64,000 nt of DNA from positions 3,720,001-3,784,000 of the forward strand of contig CM102290.1 of assembly GCA_046563655.1 (NCBI GenBank), given 5' to 3'. Below are positions 1 through 11,053 of this stretch, one piece after another. Position 1 is the first letter of the stretch. Every line of letters begins with the position of its first letter. The position numbers and the translations under genes were made by a program. The notes under the pieces are model-generated. The model made no database searches, was not told the DNA's origin, and saw nothing but the letters and a program-made list of their open reading frames with translations. This DNA comes from Yuukianura sp. NJ FZ-2021 (lineage: Eukaryota).

Positions 1-257
1 GGGACTAAGTTTTTTACCACATCCCCGAACCAATGCGGATTGAGACTTTGAAACGATCTGTGCATGGACACATTCGCCAAGAAGTGATTCCGTAGGTTTC
101 GGTTGTGGGATTTAGTATGTGTTCCTAAGTGATGGTGCAGAGAAGGTTTAGTCAAAAATTTAGAAATATTATTTAGAAAGGAGTTGTTTTCCCTTTTTGC
201 GTTTTAAGAAATTTCGGATACGTTAAGTAAATTTTTTAAGTTGAGATTCGACTTGTG

Positions 258-451
258 AAAAACTAAATTCGGAATTAGTCTACACGAAGATCCATACGAC
301 AGAGGACTAGTCAATGACTACGCTCGAGATTCCGGCCCCGGTTCACTCGAACTGGCACACTCCGGACTCACCGAGAGAGATTCACACCCCTCCCTGCCCT
401 GTGTCACCTGAACAGCTACTTGCAAGCCTCGATCCGTCTTCGCGCCCAGTC
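258..451 (-). ncRNA. Candidate structured small RNA (Pol III-like), copy 1 in the tandem unit
   Basis: Minus-strand stems contain G-U pairs (GCGCGAAGA/UCUUCGUGU; GGGAGGGGU-GUGA-AUCUCUCUC with a GNRA loop; GUUCGAG/CUCGAGC). TATA lies at about -29 and a T5 run at the 3' end. No known family recognised. Confidence 0.45.
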
Positions 452-829
452 TACTACAATGCCGTATGTTCTAGCGTATAGGAAAAAAACCGAAAGTCCC
501 GTTAAATGTCAAGTCAAGTCTCGTTAACTCTAATAATAACACTTCTGCTGCGCATTCAAGCAAGAGACACAGGGACTAAGTTTTTTACCACATCCCCGAA
601 CCAATGCGGATTGAGACTTTGAAACGATCTGTGCATGGACACATTCGCCAAGAAGTGATTCCGTAGGTTTCGGTTGTGGGATTTAGTATGTGTTCCTAAG
701 TGATGGTGCAGAGAAGGTTTAGTCAAAAATTTAGAAATATTATTTAGAAAGGAGTTGTTTTCCCTTTTTGCGTTTTAAGAAAATTTCGGATACGTTAAGT
801 AAATTTTTTAAGTTGAGATTCGACTTGTG

Positions 830-1023
830 AAAAACTAAATTCGGAATTAGTCTACACGAAGATCCATACGACAGAGGACTAGTCAATGACTACGCTCGAG
901 ATTCCGGCCCCGGTTCACTCGAACTGGCACACTCCGGACTCACCGAGAGAGATTCACACCCCTCCCTGCCCTGTGTCACCTGAACAGCTACTTGCAAGCC
1001 TCGATCCGTCTTCGCGCCCAGTC
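830..1023 (-). ncRNA. Candidate structured small RNA, copy 2
   Basis: Identical to 258-451 within the second repeat unit. Confidence 0.45.
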
Positions 1024-1925
1024 TACTACAATGCCGTATGTTCTAGCGTATAGGAAAAAAACCGAAAGTCCCGTTAAATGTCAAGTCAAGTCTCGTTAAC
1101 TCTAATAATAACACTTCTGCTGCGCATTCAAGCAAGAGACACAGGGACTAAGTTTTTTACCACATCCCCGAACCAATGCGGATTGAGACTTTGAAACGAT
1201 CTGTGCATGGACACATTCGCCAAGAAGTGATTCCGTAGGTTTCGGTTGTGGGATTTAGTGTGTGTTCCTAAGTGATGGTGCAGAGAAGGTTTAGTCAAAA
1301 ATTTAGAAATATTATTTAGAAAGGAGTTGTTTTCCCTTTTTGCGTTTTAAGAAATTTCGGATACGTTAAGTAAATTTTTTAAGTTGAGAGTCGACTTGTG
1401 AAAACTTTCATAGTTAAAACGTAGAAATTTTAGAGAGTTCTTTTCAATTTTTGCGTTTTAAGAAATTTCAGCTACGTTTTAAGTAAAATTTAATGTTAAG
1501 TAAATTTACGTAAGTAAATTTTTTGATTAAGTTGAGATTCGAGTTGCCAAAAACTAAATTCGGAATTAATCCCAAATTTTGAAAATCTGAGAAAAGAAAT
1601 GCCTGCTGGTTGACATATTACACAATTGCAAACTGACGTGACTATTCGCTATTTCAAATTCCTTATTTTTTCAAGTTTTTTTCCCATGATTTCTAAAACC
1701 GTCCCTATGGATAAAACCGGATAAAAATATGATCCACACTCGTAACATAATGCCTATAATAACACTCTACACTCGTAAAAACCTGCGAATCGGCAGTCTG
1801 AAATATCTGGTTTTCGGAGGAATAGACATACCCGATTGGTTGCTCCATGTGCTTATCATGTTTACTTTCAAATTGTTATTATTCATATTCGTGCATCGCA
1901 AACACAAATCACACCTTAACAGTTA

Positions 1926-2630
1926 ATTCGTGTTTGGAAAAAGATGAACGAGAATGAGAGAGGGAAGATGACATGGAGAAAGAAGCCATCACTAAAAATC
2001 CAAATCTACCAAGTCTACAAACAGCTGATACTGAAAAAATCGTAATTTCCAAAAACTAATTCCAAAATTTGCAACTTCTAGAAAAGATTTTTTTTTGAAA
2101 ATTTGGAATTTGGTCTGAACAGGCTGACAAACTCATCGAAGCTCCTTGATGTATTCAAAGACAGTTCCGACGAACACCCTCTCCTGCAAGCCTACGGTGC
2201 TGAGACACTGAATGATTTCATGACCAAAGTGCTAAGTTTAAGTACTATCAAGGCAGTAGAGTTGGAACAAAGCATTATGCTACTTCCGGTTTCCTACGTT
2301 CATCAAATGATTCCAGCACTGGAGCAAGTACTTGTCCACTCTCCCCTTTACGCTGAACTTGCAATCAAATGTCTCTCGGCTGTTGTCAACTTCCACTTGG
2401 ATTCTCTGCGCCGAGTCGATAAAGAACTGTTGAACAAAGTAGCGGATTTGGCAGAGTCCAGATGCCTTGAACTGAGCGACAGACTTGGAGTGAACATCGC
2501 CTCAAATTTTTGCAGGAGTCGGTAACAATGGCAGAAAACTTGGCGTGAAATTTTGAATCTACCGTGGGAGATGTGAAACGTAAGAGGAAACAGAGCGAAA
2601 AACTTATCAAAAGAGCCTTTGGTGTCCTAG
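1926..2630 (+). pseudogene. WDR3: 3' fragment of WDR3/Utp12 (Dip2), decayed
   Basis: IRVWKR..ERE*EREDDMEKE..TADTEK, intron 2042-2122, then ADKLIEA/LDVFK..HPLLQAYG..ELEQSIMLLP..LGVNIA..KRKRKQSEK resembles the Utp12 C-terminal domain. It carries an in-frame stop, frameshifts (e.g. extra C near 2144) and no WD40 N-terminus. Confidence 0.75.
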
Positions 2631-3310
2631 GTCATCCTTCCTTATCCTTGTCCATTGAAGATTGGTCAAGCAGAGATTGACTTCGCAAAAAGAAGTCAAA
2701 CTTGATTGTGATTTGTGATAGGAAAAAAGAAGCTCAAATGAAGTTGCCAAAAACTTGCCGCCGTCTGGTGGTTTTCGCAAATATCCACATCATTCCAGTC
2801 CTGGCACTTGAGCTATGTAGGTTGTCCACAGTTAGTACTTAAGGTGTCCTAGGTCATCCTTCCTTGTCCATTGAAGATTGGTCAAGCAGAGATTGACTTC
2901 GCAAAAGAAGTCAAACATTGCGATTGTGATAGGAAAAGAGAAGCTGAAATGAAGTTGCCAAAAACTTGCCGCCGTGTGGTGGTTTTCGCAAATATCCACA
3001 TTCCAGTCCTGGCACTTGAGCTCTGTAGTATGTCCACGGTGAGTACTGTTACTGTTAGGGGCATCCCAGGTCTTCCTTCCTTGTCCATTGAAGATTGGTC
3101 AAGCAGAGACTGACTTCGCAAAAGTTGAAGTCAAACATTGCGATTAGGAAAGGATAAGCTAAACAAAAAAAAATTGGCAACTTACCGACGTCGGGTCTTG
3201 AAGTCTTCGGAAATATCCAGGTAACAGTGAGGGCCCTTAAACTTTACAGTTTGTCCACCGTGAGTATGTCCATGTCATCCGTCGTCCTTGTCCATTGACA
3301 CTGGTCGCTC
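2621..3310. repeat. Degenerate ~215-bp tandem repeat (3-4 copies), possibly decayed exon repeats on the minus strand
   Basis: GGTGTCCTAGGTCATCC..CCTTGTCCATTGAAGATTGGTCAAGCAGAGA recurs at ~2621, ~2843 and ~3059, and diverged at ~3275. Minus-strand donor-like GTAAGT/GCAAGT sites sit at equivalent positions. Confidence 0.85.
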
Positions 3311-4239
3311 ACAAATTGTTCCGCACAAACGAAATTTGCACGGTGTTGCAAAAAAAAGAGAAACTTTTGCGGTTTTTTTTGCGAGGAACGTAAAGTACGT
3401 CTACCCAGGCCGGGTTTCTAAGAATCACTGCGGGATTTCAAAATGGCGACCGACGACATCGCAACGAGAACCTTCGAGAAGGTTCTAGAAAGACAGTGAA
3501 CTTCTACTGCTTCTAAGCAGCGACTGCTATATGGAAAACAATGGAGACTGTTACTGGCTATGATCGGTTTTCGATATAGCCGAACCTTCCAGAAAGTTCG
3601 GAGGGGGGACGAGGAGGGGGAGGGGGGGGGGGGAAGGGGTGACCTGCCTCTGGAGGACAGCACACCAATGTTCATCCATTAGTCCGTAAAAGTAATCCTT
3701 CCAGTTTTACATATTTTGAAAGTGTTATACATATTCAAAAGCACATGGAATCAGTAGTAGACATTTAAGCCGCTTACAAACTAAACCACTTTCGTTCCAT
3801 TCATTTGTTCTAAAAAAAAAAAGAACTACTATATTCACACCCAATCTACACACCAGAAAAAACGCAAAAATTTAGAAATTTGACAAAACGGCACTCCATT
3901 GCCAAAATTTCGGTTGACATTCAACAGGTATCACATAGGTCAGCAACCATAATATTGAAAGCACGCAGTGTTTACGGTTGCTGTGTCGATAATATAGCGA
4001 CGCGATAGTTGCGCCAACATAATTGTGTGTTCTACAACTATAAAAAAGTTGTAGAACTATAATTTGTTTCCCCCGAAACGCTTATTGTTGTTTGTACGAA
4101 TCGTGTACGTTGTTTGTACGTATGCTGTGCTGTGCGGCGGCGGCGCGTTCTGATTTTTTTTTCCTTCTGAATTCCAAATTTCTACATTCGTCGAAATTCA
4201 AAATTTCTAATTTCATCAAAATTCAAAATTTGTAAAACG

Positions 4240-5327
4240 ATGCACAGAATGAGAATGGTATTTGAGAACGGGAACTGGAACTTCAATCTACAGCCTCAAC
4301 CTGACCACATTATGTTCAGAGAGTACAATGACCCGGAGTCTTACGACTTCATTGCAATTTTCTACAGTCACATGGATAACCCCTTAGCAATTTGGGATAA
4401 GCAGGTCAGTTTTAAACACTTTTTCAAAATTTGGAACTGAATTTCATTTTTTGTTTGGTTGACATAGATAAATGGAAGTGGCAGAATATCTCGTGCAGTG
4501 GACAAGGACAGAATCAGTTCCCTCCAGCTCATCCAGAACTTCTTTCCAACACATACGTACATCACGGCTCCCCGGGAACCATTTTCGAGTCTTGGAATTC
4601 AACTGGAATGGATTACGTTCGTCATGATGAGCATTCGGAAAAGCGTTGTCGTTACAATTCAGATCAAAGATGATACCGATCTTCGGCGGAAGTTCGTCTT
4701 ACGAAACGATTACCGATCGATACCGAGCACTGCGACGGTGGCTTACGGTCATCTCAACTTTGAGTCTACTCTGGAGTGGAATCAACTTCAATTCAATTTG
4801 GCCAAAGCTACTTTCAGTACTTTTGGAACCAACTATATCGAAACGACACGAGTCCAAATCAGTCCAAGTTGTCGCATCCGCCTCGTACGTCTAAAAAACA
4901 ACAGAAACAGCAGTTTTTAAATGATTTCGTTTCGTTTCAGATCTACTTCTCAGCTCAACCAATGGAAATCGAAGAAGCTATGGTTCCTTTGAGAAAGTCT
5001 TTGGACGTGATCCAGAAAGACATCGATGCAGACAAGTACGGAGCACGACGTAAGTCGTATCTTCTGGTTCCATCATACGATGCAGCATTTGTACCCACGT
5101 TGGCTCATCATAACGAACGGAAGGAAATGGCAGCTAGAGTGGCCATTTACAGCCAGCCCCGAGAGAAACCGAGAACCGCCGAAGTTCCAAGTTCAGCTCG
5201 AGTGATCATCCATCCAGCTCCAAACCGGGCCATAACAGCTTCTGCATCGGTTGGATCTGAACCAGGTACGCGCAGGGTTGACAAGAGACCGTCTGAAAAC
5301 AGTCGACCACTCGCATCTTTCCGTTGA
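4240..5327 (+). CDS. Divergent CFAP20/Bug22 (DUF667)-like protein with C-terminal extension
   Basis: Exons 4240-4404, 4468-4884, 4941-5327 with GT-AG introns. Motifs PLAIWDKQ, TYITAP, LGIQL, DDTDLRRKF, WNQLQFNL, FGTNYIETTRVQISPSCRIRLIYFS align with CFAP20. Confidence 0.85.
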
Positions 5328-5841
5328 CATGGCAACGGTCGTGTCAAGAGCCCAAAATCACATGCGCAACAAGAGTAAACTCTTCCTTTTTTGAAAATTT
5401 GACCAAATTTGAAATTCATGCGATTGAGCTAATCTGAAATAAAACAAAGACAAAAATACAACAGTTGTTCCACTTGTAAAATAATCGATGGCATATCATA
5501 TCGGTCGATTGTTATTTTCCGTTTTAAAGAGGTATTATCCAGAATCGGGTCAAATATTTTCAAAAGTGAACGTCGAACATCGATTCTGAGTTGGGATGAG
5601 CCGAAAAACCTAAATTGTCACAAGGACTAAAGTCCAGAAAGACACTGGAGCAAAAATGATAACGTTAGCAACTGCGATTTTTTAGAATTTGCAATCGGCA
5701 ATAGATTATCAAAATACCATTGTCTACTGCAAGCATCTCTTTGTTATAAAAATCCTGCCCCAACACTTCCCAATTTGTGCTTCCACAAATTTCGAACTTT
5801 GTTTTTTAAACTTTTGAAGTTTCTTCAATTTTTTTTTCAAA

Positions 5842-6846
5842 ATGAAGTTCCTATTTTTCTCAGCGTTGCTCCTCTTCTGCCAAGCGCAGATTTTTGCAGC
5901 TCCCTGTAATTTACAAAATCAAAAAAGAGTTAATTCAATTTTCAAAATTTCACGATTTACATTCTTCTTTTGTTTTTAGCAAAACAAATTACGAAAGAAC
6001 TGAGCTTTTCATATTTTGACAACAAAATCCCCATTCCAGACAATACGTTTAACTTTACGTTCGGGGACGTCGTAGGTCAACTCACAATTTTGTAAGTCAC
6101 AACTTAGATACCATTTGTTTTTAAATTTTGTTTAAACTAAAAAAAAACTTTTTTTTTTTTTTTTTTTTTTTTCGAAATTTTGATTTTTAGAAATACGGAC
6201 GTACGAGGCTTGCCTACACTGACGATAAAGGGTGAACTTGATCCTGTAACTGGTAACAGTTCGACGTCAATTTCATCCACAGGAGAACTGGGAATTTCAG
6301 GTCAGGTCAAAGGTCACCGTTTTTTCTAAAAATACAAAACAAGTTTTAAAATGTTTAAAATTTTCAGGAAATTACGAATTGTTAATGGAGGGCACCATAA
6401 GCAATGGGTTTTACTTAACAATTGCTGGAAATGGACCTCACGACAATTGGATCCGAAAATTGAACATCGGTCACCAAGGAAACCTGGCAGACGGAGCCTC
6501 CGGATTTGTTGAAATTTCAGACCTCAAAATTATACTTGATTTTGAACAAATTGAACTTGGAGTATATGGATTGACGTTGAACGGATACAATATGGACTGG
6601 ATCTGGCCACCTTGCAACTTCTTTTTAAACAATTACTTCAAGGATATTTGGGCACAAATTGAAGTTCCTGTGACACAACTCATCACGCAAAACATCAACG
6701 CTTTCTTTTTGGTAAACTTTCAAATTCAAATTCAAAACAATTCGAAACCAAAAAATTATGAAATTTAAAAATCTGGTTTAAAATTTCAGGAGCAGCAGCT
6801 AACGTTCCAGGAAGTGGTGGATATAATTTTGGGACGACTGGAGTAA
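5842..6846 (+). CDS. Secreted protein, probably JHBP/takeout (TULIP lipid-binding) fold
   Basis: Signal peptide MKFLFFSALLLFCQAQIFA. Five exons join in frame through ORF 6379-6768 and end EQQLTFQEVVDIILGRLE*. A beta-rich middle plus C-terminal helix fits JHBP-like proteins; the family call is inferred. Confidence 0.6.
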
Positions 6847-7140
6847 TTGCTTCATAAAACTCAAAAATTTTTCAAAAAAAAAAATTTTTTTTAGTCGTCA
6901 AAATTTTAATTTGAAAACTTACTAACGTTGCTAAATAATAGTTTTGCATTAACAAACGTTGTTGGTTCCGTTGTATCTGTTTTGGCCAATTGAGAATTCC
7001 TAATAAAGTAGCAGTAAACAACGTTTCGCAACAACCGTACGGTCATAAATTAGTAGTAATGAGCACCGCTTAATTTTGAATTTACCGCAACTTTTCTACC
7101 AATAAGTCAGTTTTGGTTATAAATCTGAAGGAAATGTATC

Positions 7141-8965
7141 CTAATCTCCGGTAACGTCATGACTAGTGTTGAATTCGTTAGTTGAACGCTCAGTAGGAAG
7201 AGCATAGCAACTTTGTCCAGTCAGTTTAATTCGATTCAGTTCAATCTCCATTGTTAACTTGCCGGCCAGAATCCCATGAACTTCCATTCGGTTCCATATG
7301 ACAGCTACAATTATAACATAAAAAACATTACAACTTGGAATTTCAAAATCAAAAAACATATTTTGAAGTACTCATAAAAATGCTGAAGAGAAGAAGAAGG
7401 AAGAGGGCTATCCTTGTGACGGTAAGGACAATGCCCAAGTAATTGTCAAAATTCAAAATTGCAGATCCAATGAGCAGTAGAAATGTAATTGTTCCCAGAA
7501 TGTAGTAGATTCGTTTGGATTTGGAGAGATGCTTGAGTGCCTGAGTACAGATTTCAACTGACTCCTCCAGCGCTTCTCGCTTTGAATCGTTTGAATAGCA
7601 GTAGGGTTCAACTGTTAAAATTAAACTAATTAAGTTCATTCTAATCAAATTAAGAAACATTAGAACTTACCCGAACTGGTTTTGCTAACTTTGAGTCCTG
7701 CCACGACAGCCTCGTGGTCCGAATAACTAAAGTTGCAGTTTGCAATTAGCTTCGGAAGAGGCGTGGAACATGCAGTTGTCAAAGCCTGAGAAAACAGTTC
7801 GATTAAGTATGAATTTACTATGCATAAGATATATGGAATCTGTAACTGTATGGTCTGGTGTGCTGACCCTGATTCGGTTGCTGGAATTATACAGAACGTA
7901 GTCTATTCGTTTTCCAAATGGATTCGATTTCAGAGAAGATGAGGATGTGTAGCTGTTTCCAGGAGTTTCACAAGTATAAAATGCATCCTGAAAAGAGGTG
8001 AACACAATGGATTTGATCGAAAAGAAAGCTTGTTTGCAAATATTGAGTAAAGCTTACGTTGTTCTCGTGCTTTGGCCTCTCGAAGTAAGTATCCTTAAGC
8101 TCGGCAGTATGAACAATTATACGATAGGCAAGGTCCCCTGGTTCTGTATTCAAGTCTCCTCCGACAATCACAACATCTGCCCCACGAGATGTCAATGCAA
8201 CGAACTGTGCTGTGTCAAAGGCTTGGATGACACGATGAGCCAAGTACTCATCATTCACACGATCATATTCTGCATGCAACTGTGATTATAAAATAAACAG
8301 AGAAATTGTGACAATATTGTTTCTATTTTAAAATAAGTACTACTCCCATACATGTGTCGTGTAAAGATTGTAGATTAGTCCGTTGTGAAGTACTTGCGCC
8401 AATCCGATTCCTTTCCCGCCAAACCAATCTCCATGTTGAATCTAAAGTAACAATAAGCTGTCAAAAATCATGACGAAAAATGTTTCAAGCTGTTTTTTCA
8501 TACCTTGTGCACATATCCATTGACAGCCCACTGATGAAAAAAAGCTGCAGTAATCGGTGATTTTGAGAATATGCAGAGTCCAGCTCCAATGACACCACTG
8601 AAAGAAAAGGATGAAAAAAAGTGTTCGAAAACGTACAAAATCTGCCTCCTTTTCTTGTTATATCGGAAGCTATACCTGTAAAAGTAGTGCGAGTAGGGTA
8701 AGGTATCTTCTGTTTTTGATTTAATTCGTTCGTAGTCTTCATTGGTCCAAAGTTCTTGAAGGAATGCAAAGTCGTATTTTCCGGACGCCAATTCTGCGGC
8801 TATTGCCTGAATTCGAGGTACACGATCCTTGGACACACCAGCAATACCCCTGTTCCAAGATTTTAATTAACAAAAATGGTTTAAAAATGGTTTTTAACAT
8901 TGTGTATTGCAGTTCACTCGCCAGCAATTGAGAGAGATGACATTCACTGCAGTCTCCATTTTCAT
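7141..8965 (-). CDS. SMPD2: Neutral sphingomyelinase (SMPD2/nSMase type)
   Basis: SLNCWGI..SKDR, FLQELW, HHGDWFGGKG, YTTH|LHAEY, GGDLNTEP, KRIDYV, YSDHEAV and two C-terminal TM helices. The first coding intron (8850-8921) uses a GC donor. Confidence 0.93.
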
Positions 8966-10587
8966 TGCACCACGAATGAGCGTTCCACGTTTAATTCAAT
9001 TGTCCAAAGGTTTTTTCATAAGGTCCACCCACTTATATCCAACTAACCAAGACAACAAAGCAAAACTTCAGTCAAATAAAATTAGCTTTACAAAGCAATT
9101 CTCTTACCAAGCATATGACTGAGTACTTCTCCGAATTCAGATTTCCGTGGTGCTTACGCCACTGTCGTCCCTTTGAGTGAATATGCAAAGTTTAAGTACA
9201 GTACAGTTTAAAAAGGTAACCTTACAGGCATATGGAGGCAGCCGCTTGCCGCTTGTCTTGCGGTATCCTATGCAAAATAATTTTTAAACGGATAAATAAC
9301 AATAATCACTTACCTTACAGTTCGTGTATTCTCCTCGCAGCAGTGGCAGTCCTCCTCGTTGCGTGTAGCCAGCAATTAGTTTTAACTAATCTCAATTGAT
9401 TTTTTATGAAACCACACGCATCACTCATGACCTTGATCGTCACACTAACACTAACACACAAAAGACAAAAGAGATAGTAGACCACGGACGGACCACAACA
9501 AATACTTTGCCAAATTCAAAAAAAATTGATTGTCGCGCTTAAAGTAAGTAGAGTTTCCCACTTATGCCATTTGCCAAATACAAAACAAAATACAATTGAG
9601 AACTACAAAACTCGTATCCGTACATTGGCGCTGAAGTGGCAAAATGAAACGCCAAATGGCAAATGGAGGAATTGCCAATGACAATTTGACCGCAGACTCA
9701 TGTAATTGTCTAACCCCAGTGTAGTTCAATATCTGTAATGTAAACACAAGGAGTTTGAAAAAGAGCGGCGCGAAATAAAATTGAAATTCCAAAATATTGA
9801 TTTTCCAGATAGGCACAAAACGGTTCAAACACACTACACTCCTAATAAAAGTTTGAAATTCAATTTATACTTGGACAAATTGATAAATAATATGGTTATA
9901 TTCTTATAATAATTACTGGTATAATAGCAAATTGACGTTGTACACTGAGCGCCAACTAAAAGAGTACATCAACCACATTATTTTGTTTCTACAGAAACTA
10001 GTTAAAACTTCTGTAAGCATGAGGGGAAAGCTAACTCAAAATTTGAAACTTTACTCAACTCCTATGATGGAATTTTCGCAAATCGCGTTATTTCATTGGT
10101 TTTCCCTTCACAGTTTACGAAATTAAACAAATTACTGATTTTCGGGTGTACCCTTTAGCTAGAGCCCACGGTATTTCTAAGTTTATGTTACTTTAAATCT
10201 GTTAAAAAAGTTTTTTGTTTATGATTAAAGATTAAATACAAAATATACAATAATAATTAAAATTTAAAAAAACATAAGTTATTAGTAAAATATTATATTA
10301 AATTATATTATAATTTACATTTTATAAATTATTAAATAGTATAATAAATAAATATAAATAATAAATAATAATAAATAACATATTTGACAATGCCCATATC
10401 GGAGTGGTGCTCCGTCGTGTGTGACCGTATCAGTGTCGTTGTCACCAGCGGGAAAATTGCCGCCACTCAGTCTGCTTCCTCCTGTTGTGTTTTGGTTAAG
10501 TTGTAAGCACGCGCTTCTTCCCTCTTTAGAGAATGGTTCGGTGATTTGTGAGTTGAAAAGTTGATTAGTTGTGTCAATTAGTAATTG

Positions 10588-11053
10588 ATGTTCAAGATGT
10601 CGTCGAATCCTCCACACTCCATTCAGAAGTCAGTGACACGCGTTGTAACCAAAAGTGAATTAAAGGTGAGTAATAAAGTCATGATTTTTGGAGGTGGTTT
10701 AACCGCTGACATTTTTTACACTTTTTTAAGATTTGGAGAAGAAATGATAAATTTGATTTACGTTGTAGGTACATTTTGCCAAAGACGATAAATTAGTCCA
10801 TCGCATTGTATTCCAAGATGACCAAGAGTCCGTAAAGATGAGAGAATGTCACTGGGAAATCTTCGCAAGGGATCGTGCTCGTTTTAATGACAGAATTTCA
10901 ACAACTGCCGAAGTTCTCAATCCCATTTTTAAGGTTGAGCATCGTCAGAAAGTGTTTTTGGGGCTATTTGGACTCCAAGATTCAAAGGACTTTTCAGTCC
11001 CAACGATCTCTGATAAATTCAGGTGCCCCAGTAGTGACTCGGACTCAAATTAA
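10588..11053 (+). CDS. Minimal (120 aa) PPP1R15/GADD34/ICP34.5-like PP1 regulatory subunit
   Basis: Exons 10588-10665 and 10769-11053. Splicing creates the RVxF motif K|VHF, followed by RECHWEIFARDRARFNDRI..EVLNPIF..HRQK (eIF2-alpha-binding signature). An in-frame TAA lies just upstream of the ATG. Confidence 0.85.

Larger units (their letters stand above)
1..1406. repeat. Tandem array of a 571/572-bp unit (2 full copies + 1 partial, open at the window start)
   Basis: GGGACTAAGTTTTTTACCACATCCCC recurs at 1, 572 and 1144. Copies differ only by an extra A near 781 and single substitutions near 1260 and 1390. A degenerate AT-rich partial copy follows at ~1421-1570. Confidence 0.97.

Noticed and set aside
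36..95. Hammerhead-like UUGAGA..GAAAC core, and twister- or HDV-like words elsewhere in the unit
   Set aside because: No CUGANGA and no NUH site after stem III; the required pseudoknot pairings could not be built.
491..655. RNase MRP-like words (GAAAGTCCC, ACACAGGGACT, CGCCAAGAAG) in the tandem unit
   Set aside because: Order and spacing do not fit MRP/P architecture; the two P4-like halves are only ~75 nt apart.
1..1406. CRISPR array or rDNA/5S repeat
   Set aside because: Units are long and identical with no unique spacers, and I see no similarity to 5S, 5.8S or other rRNA.
3600..3640. G-rich tract / proline-rich ORF 3418-3675
   Set aside because: Low-complexity run; G-quadruplex potential alone is not informative and no gene model is supported.
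4029..4057. Perfect 11-bp hairpin GTTCTACAACT..AGTTGTAGAAC as a terminator or Helitron end
   Set aside because: Eukaryotic context, and no CTRR end at the expected distance; function unsupported.
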